From positions 14,578-46,577 of the forward strand of contig CAJUKH010000066.1 of NCBI GenBank assembly GCA_910587345.1: a stretch of 32,000 bases of DNA, given 5' to 3'. A program made the translations under genes and the position numbers. The first letter of the stretch is position 1, and every line of letters starts with the position of its first letter. This DNA comes from an uncultured Oscillospiraceae bacterium. GTDB taxonomy: Bacteria > Bacillota > Clostridia > Oscillospirales > Oscillospiraceae. The notes beneath the pieces are model-generated. The model saw nothing but the letters and a program-made list of their open reading frames with translations. It made no database searches and had not been told where the DNA came from. Below are positions 8,634-17,453 of this stretch, one piece after another.

Positions 8634-9542
8634 CTATCTGCCCAGCCTCTGCCGCACCGCCTCAAACCACCCCGGCAGCGGACACTCAACTGTCACCTGC
8701 TCCCCGCTTCTCGGATGGATAAAGGTGAGCTTCTTGGCGTGGAGGCACTGCCCCGCCAGCCCCGGCACCGGCTTTTTCGCCCCATAGACCGTATCCCCCA
8801 GCAAGGGATGGCCCAAGGACGCCATATGGACCCGGATCTGGTGGGTCCGGCCGGTCTCCAGCCGGCATTGGAGATAAGTATAGCCGCTGTACCGCTCCAG
8901 CACCCGCCAGTGGGTAACGGCATTTTTCCCGTTCACCCGGTCCACGGCCATCTTTTTCCGGTCCACCGGGTGGCGGGCCACGGGGGCGTCCACGGCGCCG
9001 GCGTCCTCCCGAAAGCCGCCCACGGCGATGGCGTGATACTCCCGGTAAAGACTGTGGTCCTCCAGCTGGGCAGCCAGAGCCAGATGGGCAGCATCATTTT
9101 TGGCGGCAATGATAAGCCCCGAGGTATCCCGGTCAATGCGGTGGACGATGCCCGGCCGCAGCTTTCCGTTGATTCCGGAAAGGCTATTTCCGCAGTGATA
9201 TAACAGTGCGTTGACCAGCGTCCCGTCAGGATGCCCGGCGGCAGGGTGGACCACCATCCCCACCGGCTTGTTGACTACGATCACATCCTCATCCTCATAG
9301 ACCACATCCAGAGGGATGTTTTGGGGGAGGGCCTCGATAGGCTCCGGATCGGAAAGGGCCACCACATAGACCTCCCCCGCCTCGGTCTTCCGATTTTTCT
9401 TCACCGGTTCCCCGCCCAGAGTCACCGCCCCCTCCTCCAATAGCCGTTGGACGGCGGATCGGGTCAGGTCGGGGACCGTTCGGGCCAGAAATTGGTCCAC
9501 CCGCTCACCGGTGTGGTCGGCCACACACTTCAGAGGGGTCAT
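8634..9542 (-). CDS. rluD: RluA/RluD-family 23S rRNA pseudouridine synthase
   Basis: S4 domain at the N-terminus, the HRIDRDTSGL catalytic motif and TGRTHQIRVH. Its start overlaps the lspA stop (ATGA), the classic lspA-rluD pairing. Confidence 0.9.
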   Translation of the reverse strand: MTPLKCVADHTGERVDQFLARTVPDLTRSAVQRLLEEGAVTLGGEPVKKNRKTEAGEVYVVALSDPEPIEALPQNIPLDVVYEDEDVIVVNKPVGMVVHPAAGHPDGTLVNALLYHCGNSLSGINGKLRPGIVHRIDRDTSGLIIAAKNDAAHLALAAQLEDHSLYREYHAIAVGGFREDAGAVDAPVARHPVDRKKMAVDRVNGKNAVTHWRVLERYSGYTYLQCRLETGRTHQIRVHMASLGHPLLGDTVYGAKKPVPGLAGQCLHAKKLTFIHPRSGEQVTVECPLPGWFEAVRQRLGR

Positions 9543-10006
9543 TTGTCCCCCTCCTTTCCTTCTTCCCAGAACAGCACCACATAAGCCCCCAGCAGCGCTC
9601 CGCCGCAGCAGACGCAGATATCAGCGATGTTGAACACGGCAAAATTGATGAAGGTGGTGGCAAACATATCGGTGACAAAGCCAAAAAACAGCCGGTCGAT
9701 GAGATTCCCCACCGCCCCCGCCAGGATCAGCGTGAGCGCAAGATTTCCCATCTTCCCCGGGAAGTACCGCTTCCACAGCATCACCGCAAGAGCGATGGAC
9801 ACCACCAGAGAAATCACGGTCAACAGCCAGGTCATTCCCGAAAAAAAGGAGAACGCCGCCCCGGTATTTTGGGTATAGGTCAGCTCCATGATATGGGGAA
9901 TAAAGGGCAGACTGCCCCCAAAAGGGATATTCCCCCGGACCCAGAATTTCAGCCACTGGTCCGCCCCCACCAGCGCCAGGGCCAAGCCAAAATAGAGAAG
10001 GGTCAT
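9539..10006 (-). CDS. lspA: Lipoprotein signal peptidase (signal peptidase II)
   Basis: 155 aa with four TM segments and the NTGAAFSF and FNIADICV motifs. Confidence 0.9.
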   Translation of the reverse strand: MTLLYFGLALALVGADQWLKFWVRGNIPFGGSLPFIPHIMELTYTQNTGAAFSFFSGMTWLLTVISLVVSIALAVMLWKRYFPGKMGNLALTLILAGAVGNLIDRLFFGFVTDMFATTFINFAVFNIADICVCCGGALLGAYVVLFWEEGKEGDK

Positions 10007-10087
10007 CTTTCCTCTCCTTTCTTGAATTATGTCAACTAATTACGCTATTATGTAAACTGTCCAACGTTTCATTGACTGTCGGCTTTC

Positions 10088-10117
10088 AGTATATCCCAAA
10101 ATGCCCCGGTATGTCAA
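10088..10117 (-). promoter_or_regulatory. Putative sigma-A promoter of lspA-rluD
   Basis: On the minus strand, TTGACA (10112-10117), an 18-nt spacer, then TATACT (10088-10093), ~80 nt upstream of the lspA start. Confidence 0.55.
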
Positions 10118-10139
10118 CGCCCCACATTCTCAAGCGGCA

Positions 10140-10690
10140 GGCGGTATGTTGACAGCGTAGAGCGGGCCGCCCCGGCCCGTCAAAGCGTCACCACCATGTA
10201 CCACCCAGGCGGCGGGGATAGCAACGCAATCCCTTACAATGTCTTGCCCTTGAATGGCGAATGGCGCAAAAGGAACCACGAATCGCTCAGACGCTGGCCG
10301 CCGGAAACAAGAGGGATACCCCGAAGGGTTTTACCCGAGGGATAGCGTGGCGGGGTTGGGACTTTGTATGGTTGTACCGTAACTCGCAGTTCCTTCCACT
10401 GGTCTTCTTTTCTTTTTCGGAGTCCAGAACCGCTTTTTCTTTTGCAAACAAAAGAAAAAGCGGTTTTACCCGCAAGGGCTACGCCCCATCCGTAAGGCGG
10501 CGAAGCCGCCAACGGCTGGGCTGTGGCCCCGGCCGGGCAGGCCACATATCCATAAATGAGAAAAGGATACTCTTTTGCCGAGGGAGGGTGCGGATTTGCG
10601 GGGCCTTCCCGCCGGCGCCGTCAAGGATGCCGCGCCCTACAATCCTCCAAATGAGGCTCGAAATCCTCCCCACTCATTTCTGCCCAAAAC
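10140..10690 (-). repeat. Copy B (inverted relative to copy A) of the large structured non-coding element
   Basis: Its reverse complement aligns in blocks with 8195-8550. The central 17-bp hairpin (10428-10444 / 10449-10465) carries a compensatory C:G to A:T change relative to copy A. It lies between the divergent lspA and thiI promoters. Confidence 0.6.
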
Positions 10691-10693
10691 CCA

Positions 10694-10722
10694 TTGTAGG
10701 CCGCCAAAATTTGTGATATGAT
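10694..10722 (+). promoter_or_regulatory. Putative promoter of thiI
   Basis: TTGTAG, a 17-nt spacer, then TATGAT with an upstream TG (extended -10), ~37 nt before the thiI ATG. Confidence 0.55.
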
Positions 10723-10758
10723 AGACCACAGCCGACAACAAAAAGGGAGAGAACACCT

Positions 10759-11940
10759 ATGAACGACATCATTCTCTTAAAGCTGGGTGAGCTGGTCCTG
10801 AAGGGCCTGAACCGCCACAATTTTGAGGAAAAGCTCATGTCCAACGCCCGGCGGCGGCTGCAAAGCTGCGGGGGCAGGTTCAAGGTCACCACCAAGCAGT
10901 CCATCACCTATGTGGAGCCTCTGGAGGACGCCTGCGACATGGACAGGGCCTTTGAGGCCATGAAGATGGTCTTCGGCGCGGCGGGGGTCTGCCGCTGCCG
11001 GGCCTGCGAGAAGGACAAGGATGTGATGCTCTCCGCCATTCAGGAGTTTCTGGCCTCCCAGCTGGCGGCGGCCAAGACCTTTAAGGTGGAGTGCAAACGC
11101 TCCGACAAGGCCTTCCCCCTCAACTCCATCCAGCTGGCCCAGTACCTGGGCGGGGAGCTGGACGAGCTGTACCCCCATCTCACCGCCCAGATGCACCACC
11201 CCGACCTCACCGTCTATGTGGAGGTCCGGGACGATGCCGCCTTTATCCACGGCAACACCGAACAGGGGGCCGGCGGCCTTCCCGTGGGCATGGCGGGCAA
11301 GGCGGTAAGCCTCCTCTCCGGGGGTATCGACTCCCCCGTGGCCTCCTGGATGATGGCCAAGCGGGGCTTGTCTTTGGAAATGGTCCACTACTTCTCCTAC
11401 CCCTACACCTCCGAGGAGGCCAAGCAGAAGGTGCTGGATCTGGCGAAGATTTTGACCCCCTGGATCGGCCGCACCGTGGTCCATGTGGTCCCCTTCACCG
11501 CCATTCAGGAGGAGCTGCGCCGCTCCTGCCCCGAGGAGCTGTTCACCATCCTCATGCGCCGGTTCATGATGCGCATCGCCGCTGCCGTGGCGGGGCGCAC
11601 CGGGGCGGGGGCGCTGGTCACCGGCGAAAGTCTGGGACAGGTGGCCAGCCAGACCATGGAGGCCATGCAATGCACCGGCGGAGCCATCGACCTGCCCGTC
11701 TTCCGGCCGGTCATCGGCATGGACAAGGAGGAGATCATCCGCATCTCCCGCCGCATCAACACCTTCGAGACCTCCATCCTCCCCTACGAGGACTGCTGCA
11801 CCGTCTTCACTCCCCGCCACCCCAAGTTAAAGCCCACCATAGCCGAATGCGAAGCCGCCGAGGCCAATTTGGACGTGGAAGGTTTGGTCAACGCCGCCGT
11901 GGACGGCATCGAGAGGGTGTTTATTGAGATGGAACTGTAA
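10759..11940 (+). CDS. thiI: tRNA 4-thiouridine(8) synthase ThiI
   Basis: 393 aa. THUMP-like N-terminus and the PP-loop SLLSGGIDSPVA. Confidence 0.9.
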   Translation: MNDIILLKLGELVLKGLNRHNFEEKLMSNARRRLQSCGGRFKVTTKQSITYVEPLEDACDMDRAFEAMKMVFGAAGVCRCRACEKDKDVMLSAIQEFLASQLAAAKTFKVECKRSDKAFPLNSIQLAQYLGGELDELYPHLTAQMHHPDLTVYVEVRDDAAFIHGNTEQGAGGLPVGMAGKAVSLLSGGIDSPVASWMMAKRGLSLEMVHYFSYPYTSEEAKQKVLDLAKILTPWIGRTVVHVVPFTAIQEELRRSCPEELFTILMRRFMMRIAAAVAGRTGAGALVTGESLGQVASQTMEAMQCTGGAIDLPVFRPVIGMDKEEIIRISRRINTFETSILPYEDCCTVFTPRHPKLKPTIAECEAAEANLDVEGLVNAAVDGIERVFIEMEL

Positions 11941-11952
11941 CCGCACAAAATC

Positions 11953-11992
11953 AAGAAGGCAGCACCGTCTTGGTGCTGCCTTCTTTTTGTTT
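11953..11992 (+). terminator. Intrinsic terminator of thiI
   Basis: 14-bp stem AAGAAGGCAGCACC / GGTGCTGCCTTCTT followed by TTTGTTT. Confidence 0.85.
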
Positions 11993-12023
11993 ATCGCAGG
12001 GCCTCAATAGATAAAAGCAACCG

Positions 12024-12218
12024 TTATTCCTCCACAACCACTAATTTGATTGCAGATTCAATTAACAGATTGATCAATTCATTTCTGGAACGGTTCGTCT
12101 TCTTCGATAGACGCTCCAGTTCCTCTAACGTCTCGTCTTTCATACGCACAGACACGATTTTATGCCCGTCATCGCCTTTGTATGGGCTTTTCTTGGTGAT
12201 TTTGATTTCCTTCTCCAT
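12024..12218 (-). CDS. Ribbon-helix-helix (CopG/Arc/MetJ-like) DNA-binding protein, 64 aa
   Basis: ATG 12218 with a GAGGTG RBS. KIVSVRMKDETLEELERLSKKTNRSRNELINLLIESAI shows the beta-strand/helix/helix pattern of RHH regulators. Low-GC context. Confidence 0.7.
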   Translation of the reverse strand: MEKEIKITKKSPYKGDDGHKIVSVRMKDETLEELERLSKKTNRSRNELINLLIESAIKLVVVEE

Positions 12219-12275
12219 GTCAACACCTCGCAACTTTATTATAGTGTTGACAGCAATCAAAGTGCATACTATAAT
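12219..12275. promoter_or_regulatory. Divergent control region: a consensus sigma-A promoter for the + strand operon, overlapped by an 8-bp inverted repeat (candidate RHH operator)
   Basis: TTGACA (12247-12252), a 17-nt spacer, then TATAAT (12270-12275). The inverted repeat GTCAACAC (12219-12226) / GTGTTGAC (12244-12251) overlaps the -35. Confidence 0.65.
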
Positions 12276-12332
12276 AAATATTATAAATACATAGTTAAAT
12301 TACATAATATAAAAATCAAAGGAGATGAAACA

Positions 12333-13073
12333 ATGGAAAATGAAATCAAGGAACTTGAGGATATGACAGCAACAGAGATTGTGAAAGAAGGTCTTAAAAA
12401 GGGAGTGTCAGATACGGCCAAAAAGCCCTGGTTCAAGCGACTGGTCGCACTTCTTCTGACCTTCTGTATCGGCTTTGTATTCGGCTTTTACCAGCGCCGC
12501 AAGGCCGCCAGTCCTTCGGGGGTGCGGGATGCTTCGGGGCCTTCAACCGTTCTTCCTACTCCCACAGAGATGCCTTCCACCATTACCATTATTCATGTAG
12601 TGGACATTATCAGCCCCGCCAGCGATTTGATCACAACCAAATATACCTATACAGATGCAGATACCTATGAGGATTACAAAGAATTCTTCAAACTAAAACT
12701 TCCGTTCACAACCAATGAGGCGGTATTTACCTATTCTGGAGAGTGCGGTATTGGATTTGATTTGTCAAAGCTATCCATATATCCAGACAACGAGAATAAA
12801 ACCATTACCATTGTCTTTCCGGAAATAGAAGTCAAATACAACGAAATTGACGCAGAGTCTTTTGAATATTACAGCGTCACCACCACAATATTCAATCAAC
12901 TAAAAATGGAAGACACCACCAGTTTAATCGCCACCCTGCTGGAAGCAAAAGAGAGTGAAGTATTAAACAGTGTAAAAATCATGGAAGAATCCCGCAAAAA
13001 TGCAGAAACGGTCCTGAAAAGCCTTCTGAGCAATTCCGAACTTACAAAGGATTACAAAATCATTTTTAAATGA
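12333..13073 (+). CDS. Membrane-anchored hypothetical protein, DUF4230-like (assignment from memory of family features, unverified)
   Basis: ATG 12333 after AAAGGAGA. One TM segment (LVALLLTFCIGFVFGF). The GIGFDLSKLSI...ITIVFPEIEV pattern resembles DUF4230. Low GC. Confidence 0.55.
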   Translation: MENEIKELEDMTATEIVKEGLKKGVSDTAKKPWFKRLVALLLTFCIGFVFGFYQRRKAASPSGVRDASGPSTVLPTPTEMPSTITIIHVVDIISPASDLITTKYTYTDADTYEDYKEFFKLKLPFTTNEAVFTYSGECGIGFDLSKLSIYPDNENKTITIVFPEIEVKYNEIDAESFEYYSVTTTIFNQLKMEDTTSLIATLLEAKESEVLNSVKIMEESRKNAETVLKSLLSNSELTKDYKIIFK

Positions 13074-13088
13074 GAAGGGGAGATAAAA

Positions 13089-13247
13089 ATGTCGCCACTC
13101 GTGTTATTTTTGATCCTGCTGTTGGTGGGCGGGCTGTTTATTTTTTGCGGCAGTAAACTGGACGGAAAAGGACAAGCCTTTTTTCTGATTTTGGGCGGAA
13201 TCTTCGCCTTGATTGGCGGGTATGGGATCTTTACGGCGCTGTGTTAA
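13089..13247 (+). CDS. Small two-TM membrane peptide (52 aa), not in the ORF track
   Basis: ATG 13089 lies 7 nt after GAAGGGGAG. Translation: [52 protein letters not shown]. Tightly spaced within the operon. Confidence 0.5.
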   Translation: MSPLVLFLILLLVGGLFIFCGSKLDGKGQAFFLILGGIFALIGGYGIFTALC

Positions 13248-13267
13248 CGAAAGAAAGGATAGCATCT

Positions 13268-13489
13268 ATGACGATTTATACCACAAAGGAATGGAAGGGC
13301 TTCGGTCGGCAGAATTATTATTGCAATGAATACCGGTTGGAAGGCGGCAAAGTTGTCAAATATAAATGTCACAGGCAAAAAGTGTTTGACGGCGATGAAA
13401 GCAACTGGGAAAAGGATGAACAGGTCGAGGCATCCTGGACCATCGATGACCCTGCCATGCCGGATTGGCTGAAGCAATATTTACCTTAA
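13268..13489 (+). CDS. Hypothetical small soluble protein (73 aa)
   Basis: ATG 13268 after an AAAGGA RBS. The track start at 13241 (GTG) overlaps the previous ORF. No family recognised. Confidence 0.5.
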   Translation: MTIYTTKEWKGFGRQNYYCNEYRLEGGKVVKYKCHRQKVFDGDESNWEKDEQVEASWTIDDPAMPDWLKQYLP

Positions 13490-13508
13490 ACCCCTCTATC
13501 GCACAAGG

Positions 13509-13545
13509 AAGGCCCCCGGACTTTCGTCCGGGGGCCTTTCATCTC
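13509..13545. terminator. Bidirectional intrinsic terminator (islet operon on +, nifJ on -)
   Basis: 11-bp stem GGCCCCCGGAC / GTCCGGGGGCC with loop TTTC, flanked by AA and TTT. Confidence 0.8.
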
Positions 13546-13693
13546 TTGGGCTATCACGCTACGAACAGGTCAGGGCGCTTCGGGATATAAGCCCCTCCGA
13601 CTGCGCAAGCCGCTCCTCGGGGTCCTTGGCCCCTGTAGTGCGTTTACTCCGCTTCGGGTCTTATCCCCTCAGTTGACCTGTTCTCCACGCTGC

Positions 13694-16600
13694 TTACTTA
13701 TACAGCTCCACCAGCTTCAGCAGGTGCTGATAGCGGGCCTTGGCGGACTCTTCGTTCTTGGCGAAAAGCTCCTTGGCGCGCTCGGGGAAGGAGCGGGTCA
13801 GGGCGGAGTAACGGGCCTCGTTCATCAGGAACTCCTGATAGCCGTCCTTGGGCTCCTTGGAGTCCAGAATGAAGGGGCTCTTGCCCTCGGCCTTCAGAGC
13901 GGGGTTGAACCGGAACAGGTTCCAGTAGCCGCACTCAACGGCCTTCTTCATCTCCTCCTGGCAGTGGAGCATGCCGCCCTTGATGGAGTGCATCTCACAG
14001 GGGGAGTAGCCGATCACCAGAGAGGGACCCTTGTAGGCCTCGGCCTCACGGATGGCGGTCAGAGTCTGGTTGGGGTTGGCGCCCATGGCGATCTGAGCCA
14101 CATAGACATAGCCGTAGCTCATGGCGATCTCAGCCAGGCTCTTCTTGGGAGTGGCCTTACCGGCAGCGGCGAACTGGGCCACAGCGCCGAAGTTGGTGGC
14201 CTTGGAAGCCTGACCGCCGGTGTTGGAGTAGACCTCGGTATCGAAGACCATGACGTTCACGTCCTCGCCGGAAGCCAGAACGTGGTCCAGACCGCCGAAG
14301 CCGATGTCGTAAGCCCAGCCGTCGCCGCCGAAGATCCAGACGGACTTCTTGGCCAGGAACTCCTTGCTCTCCAGGATCTCGCCGGCCAGCTTGCAGGCAT
14401 CGCAGGTGCAGCCGTCCACAATACCATCTTCCAGAGCGGCAACGTAAGCCTTGGCAGCCTCGCCGTTGGCCACGCCATCATCCAGAGTGTCCAGCCAGGC
14501 CTGAGCGGCAGCCTTCAGCTCGGGAACGGTGTACTCCACAGCGATGAGCTGCTCGGTCTTCTCGATCAGGCGGTCACGGATGGCCTTCTGACCGAAGTAG
14601 AAGCCCAGGCCGTGCTCGGCGTTGTCTTCAAACAGGCTGTTGGCCCAGGCGGGACCACGGCCGTCCTTGGTCATGGTGTAGGGAGAGGTGGCAGCGGGGT
14701 TGCCCCAGATGGAGGAACAGCCGGTGGCGTTGGAGATATACATCCGCTCGCCGCAGATCTGGGTGATGAGACGGGCATAGCTGGTCTCAGCACAGCCGGC
14801 GCAGGAGCCGGAGAACTCCAGCAGAGGCTTCTTGAACTGGCTGTCCTTGACGGAAGCGACGCCGGCCATATCGGCCTTCTCCTCCACCTCGTTGACGCAG
14901 TAGTTGAACACATCCTGCTGATCCAGCTGGCTCTCCTGAGCCTCCATGTTGATGGCGCCGGTGGGGCAGATACCGACACAGACGCCGCAGCCCATACAAT
15001 CCAGAGGGGACACGGCCATGGTGTACTTGTAAACGTCCTTGCCCTTGCCGGCCTTGATGTCCACGATCCGAGCGGCGGCGGGAGCCTTAGCGGCCTCCTC
15101 GGCAGTCAGAGCAAAGGGACGGATGGTGGCGTGGGGGCAGACATAGGCACACTGGTTACACTGGATACACTTGTTCTCGTCCCACTTGGGAACGGTGACG
15201 GCCACGCCCCGCTTCTCATAAGCGGCAGCGCCCAGCTGGAAGGTGCCGTCGGCCCGGCCGTCCTCATAGAAGACGGAGACGGGCAGGGAGTCGCCGTCCA
15301 TACGGGCAACAGGCTCCATGATCTGCTCCACCATCTTGACGGTGGCGGCGGGACCCTTGTGGGTGGACTCCTTGGGCTTATCCTGAGCGGTGGCCCAGTC
15401 GGCGGGGACCTCGAACTTCTTGAAGGCGGTGGCGCCGGCGTCAATGGCCTTCCAGTTCATCTCCACCACGTCGCGGCCCTTCTTCAGATAGGAATGCTCG
15501 GCAGCGTCCTTCATGAACTTGATGGCGTCATCGGCGGGCATGATGTTGGCCAGGGCAAAGAAGGCGGACTGAAGAATGGTGTTGGTCCGCTTGCCCATGC
15601 CGATCTCGATGGCCAGATCGATGGCGTTGATGGTGTAGACGTTGATGTTGTGCTCAGCGATATAACGCTTGGCCACGGCGGGCATATGCTGGTTCAGCTC
15701 CTCATCGCTCCACTGGCAGTTGATGAGGAAGGTACCGCCGTCCTTCACGTCCCGGACCATGGGGAATGCCTTGATGATATAAGAAGGCACATGGCAGGCC
15801 ACGAAGTCGGCCTTGTTGATATAGTAGGGACTCTTGATGGGCTTATCACCGAAGCGCAGGTGGCTGATGGTCACGCCGCCGGTCTTCTTGGAGTCGTACT
15901 GGAAATAAGCCTGGATATACTTGTCGGTGTGGTCGCCGATGATCTTGGTGGAGTTCTTGTTGGCGCCCACGGTACCGTCGCCGCCCAGACCCCAGAACTT
16001 GCACTCCACGGTGCCGGCCACGGCGGTGTTGGGGGCGGGCTTCTCCTCCAGGGAGAGGCCGGTGACATCGTCCACGATGCCGATGGTGAACTCCCGCTTG
16101 GGAGCGTCCTTGGCAAGCTCCTCAAAGACAGCGAACACGCTGGCGGGAGGAGTATCCTTGGAGCCCAGGCCGTAACGGCCGCCGATGACGGTCTTGTCGG
16201 TGATCCCGGCTTCGAAGAGGGCGGAGATCACGTCCTGATACAGAGGCTCGCCCAGGGAGCCAGGCTCCTTGGTACGGTCCAGCACGGCGATCTTCTTGGC
16301 GGTGGCGGGGATGGCGGCGATCAGCTTGTCGGCCCGGAAAGGACGATACAGACGGACCTTCACCAAGCCCACCTTCTCGCCGTGAGCGTTCATATAGTCG
16401 ATGACTTCCTCGGCCACGTCGCAGATGGAACCCATGGCGATGATGACCCGGTCGGCGTCGGGAGCGCCCACATAGTTGAACAGCTGATAGTCGGTGCCCA
16501 GCTTGGCGTTGACCTTGGCCATGTACTCCTCCACGATCTCGGGGACCGCATCGTAGTACTTGTTGGCAGCCTCACGGTGCTGGAAGAAGATGTCGCCGTT

Positions 16601-17260
16601 CTCGTGAGAGCCGCGGGCAGTGGGATGCTCGGGGTTCAGGGCACGGGCACGGAACTCCTTGACAGCGTCCATGTCAACCATCTCGGCCAGATCGTCATAG
16701 TCCCAGATCTGGATCTTCTGGATCTCGTGAGAGGTCCGGAAGCCGTCGAAGAAGTTGACAAAGGGCACCCGGCTCTTGATGGCGGCCAGGTGGGCCACAG
16801 CGCCCAGATCCATGACCTCCTGCACGCTGCCCTCGGCCAGCATGGCAAAGCCGGTCTGGCGGCAGGCCATCACGTCGGAGTGATCACCGAAGATGTTCAG
16901 GCTCTGGGCGGCCACGGTACGGGCGGAGACGTGGAACACGCCCGGCAGCAGCTCACCGGCGATCTTGTACATATTGGGGATCATGAGGAGCAGGCCCTGG
17001 GATGCGGTGTAGGTGGTGGTCAGGGCACCGGCGGCCAGGGAGCCGTGGACGGTACCGGCAGCACCGGCCTCGGACTGCATCTCGATGACCCGGACAGGGT
17101 TGCCGAAGATGTTCTTCCGACCGGCAGCGGCCCACTGGTCAACATAGTCGGCCATGGGGCTGGACGGGGTGATGGGGTAGATACCCGCCACCTCGGTAAA
17201 CGCATAGGAAACGTGCGCTGCCGCGGTGTTACCGTCCATGGATTTGAATTGTCTCGCCAT
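13694..17260 (-). CDS. nifJ: Pyruvate:ferredoxin (flavodoxin) oxidoreductase
   Basis: ~1188 aa from ATG 17260 (AAGGAGGA RBS). Carries two 4Fe-4S ferredoxin motifs, CIQCNQCAYVCPH and CMGCGVCVGICP, a TPP-binding GGDGW motif and the typical PFOR N-terminus MDGNTAAAHVSYAF. Confidence 0.95.
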   Translation of the reverse strand: MARQFKSMDGNTAAAHVSYAFTEVAGIYPITPSSPMADYVDQWAAAGRKNIFGNPVRVIEMQSEAGAAGTVHGSLAAGALTTTYTASQGLLLMIPNMYKIAGELLPGVFHVSARTVAAQSLNIFGDHSDVMACRQTGFAMLAEGSVQEVMDLGAVAHLAAIKSRVPFVNFFDGFRTSHEIQKIQIWDYDDLAEMVDMDAVKEFRARALNPEHPTARGSHENGDIFFQHREAANKYYDAVPEIVEEYMAKVNAKLGTDYQLFNYVGAPDADRVIIAMGSICDVAEEVIDYMNAHGEKVGLVKVRLYRPFRADKLIAAIPATAKKIAVLDRTKEPGSLGEPLYQDVISALFEAGITDKTVIGGRYGLGSKDTPPASVFAVFEELAKDAPKREFTIGIVDDVTGLSLEEKPAPNTAVAGTVECKFWGLGGDGTVGANKNSTKIIGDHTDKYIQAYFQYDSKKTGGVTISHLRFGDKPIKSPYYINKADFVACHVPSYIIKAFPMVRDVKDGGTFLINCQWSDEELNQHMPAVAKRYIAEHNINVYTINAIDLAIEIGMGKRTNTILQSAFFALANIMPADDAIKFMKDAAEHSYLKKGRDVVEMNWKAIDAGATAFKKFEVPADWATAQDKPKESTHKGPAATVKMVEQIMEPVARMDGDSLPVSVFYEDGRADGTFQLGAAAYEKRGVAVTVPKWDENKCIQCNQCAYVCPHATIRPFALTAEEAAKAPAAARIVDIKAGKGKDVYKYTMAVSPLDCMGCGVCVGICPTGAINMEAQESQLDQQDVFNYCVNEVEEKADMAGVASVKDSQFKKPLLEFSGSCAGCAETSYARLITQICGERMYISNATGCSSIWGNPAATSPYTMTKDGRGPAWANSLFEDNAEHGLGFYFGQKAIRDRLIEKTEQLIAVEYTVPELKAAAQAWLDTLDDGVANGEAAKAYVAALEDGIVDGCTCDACKLAGEILESKEFLAKKSVWIFGGDGWAYDIGFGGLDHVLASGEDVNVMVFDTEVYSNTGGQASKATNFGAVAQFAAAGKATPKKSLAEIAMSYGYVYVAQIAMGANPNQTLTAIREAEAYKGPSLVIGYSPCEMHSIKGGMLHCQEEMKKAVECGYWNLFRFNPALKAEGKSPFILDSKEPKDGYQEFLMNEARYSALTRSFPERAKELFAKNEESAKARYQHLLKLVELYK

Positions 17261-17330
17261 TTTGAACGATTCCTCCTTACATTTTGCTGGATAGGATTCC
17301 AGTTGCAGAAAACGGATTCTCGCAGTGTTC

Positions 17331-17359
17331 ATTTTATCACCTGATTTTGAATTTGTAAA
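17331..17359 (-). promoter_or_regulatory. Putative nifJ promoter
   Basis: On the minus strand, TTTACA (17354-17359), a 17-nt spacer, then TAAAAT (17331-17336) with a TG extended -10. Confidence 0.6.
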
Positions 17360-17391
17360 CCTTCAAACGGAAGATTTCGTTACAAAATTTA

Positions 17392-17428
17392 CAAAAATCC
17401 CACCCGCTTCCAAAAGGAGGGGTGGGAT
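17392..17428 (-). terminator. Intrinsic terminator ending the 119-aa/252-aa operon
   Basis: On the minus strand, stem ATCCCACCC / GGGTGGGAT followed by TTTTTGTAAATTTT. Confidence 0.75.
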
Positions 17429-17453
17429 GAGGATGATTTCCCTGTTTCAAAAC

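Noticed and set aside
13241-13489. GTG 13241 as the start of the 82-aa ORF given in the track
   Set aside because: It would overlap the end of the 52-aa membrane-peptide ORF and lacks an RBS. ATG 13268 has an AAAGGA RBS at appropriate spacing.
13673-17344. 1223-aa + strand ORF, the longest ORF in the track
   Set aside because: It is the antisense shadow of nifJ. The translation is low-complexity (Gly/Leu/Val/Ala/His-rich) with no motifs, whereas the minus-strand frame carries unmistakable PFOR motifs, an RBS and a promoter.
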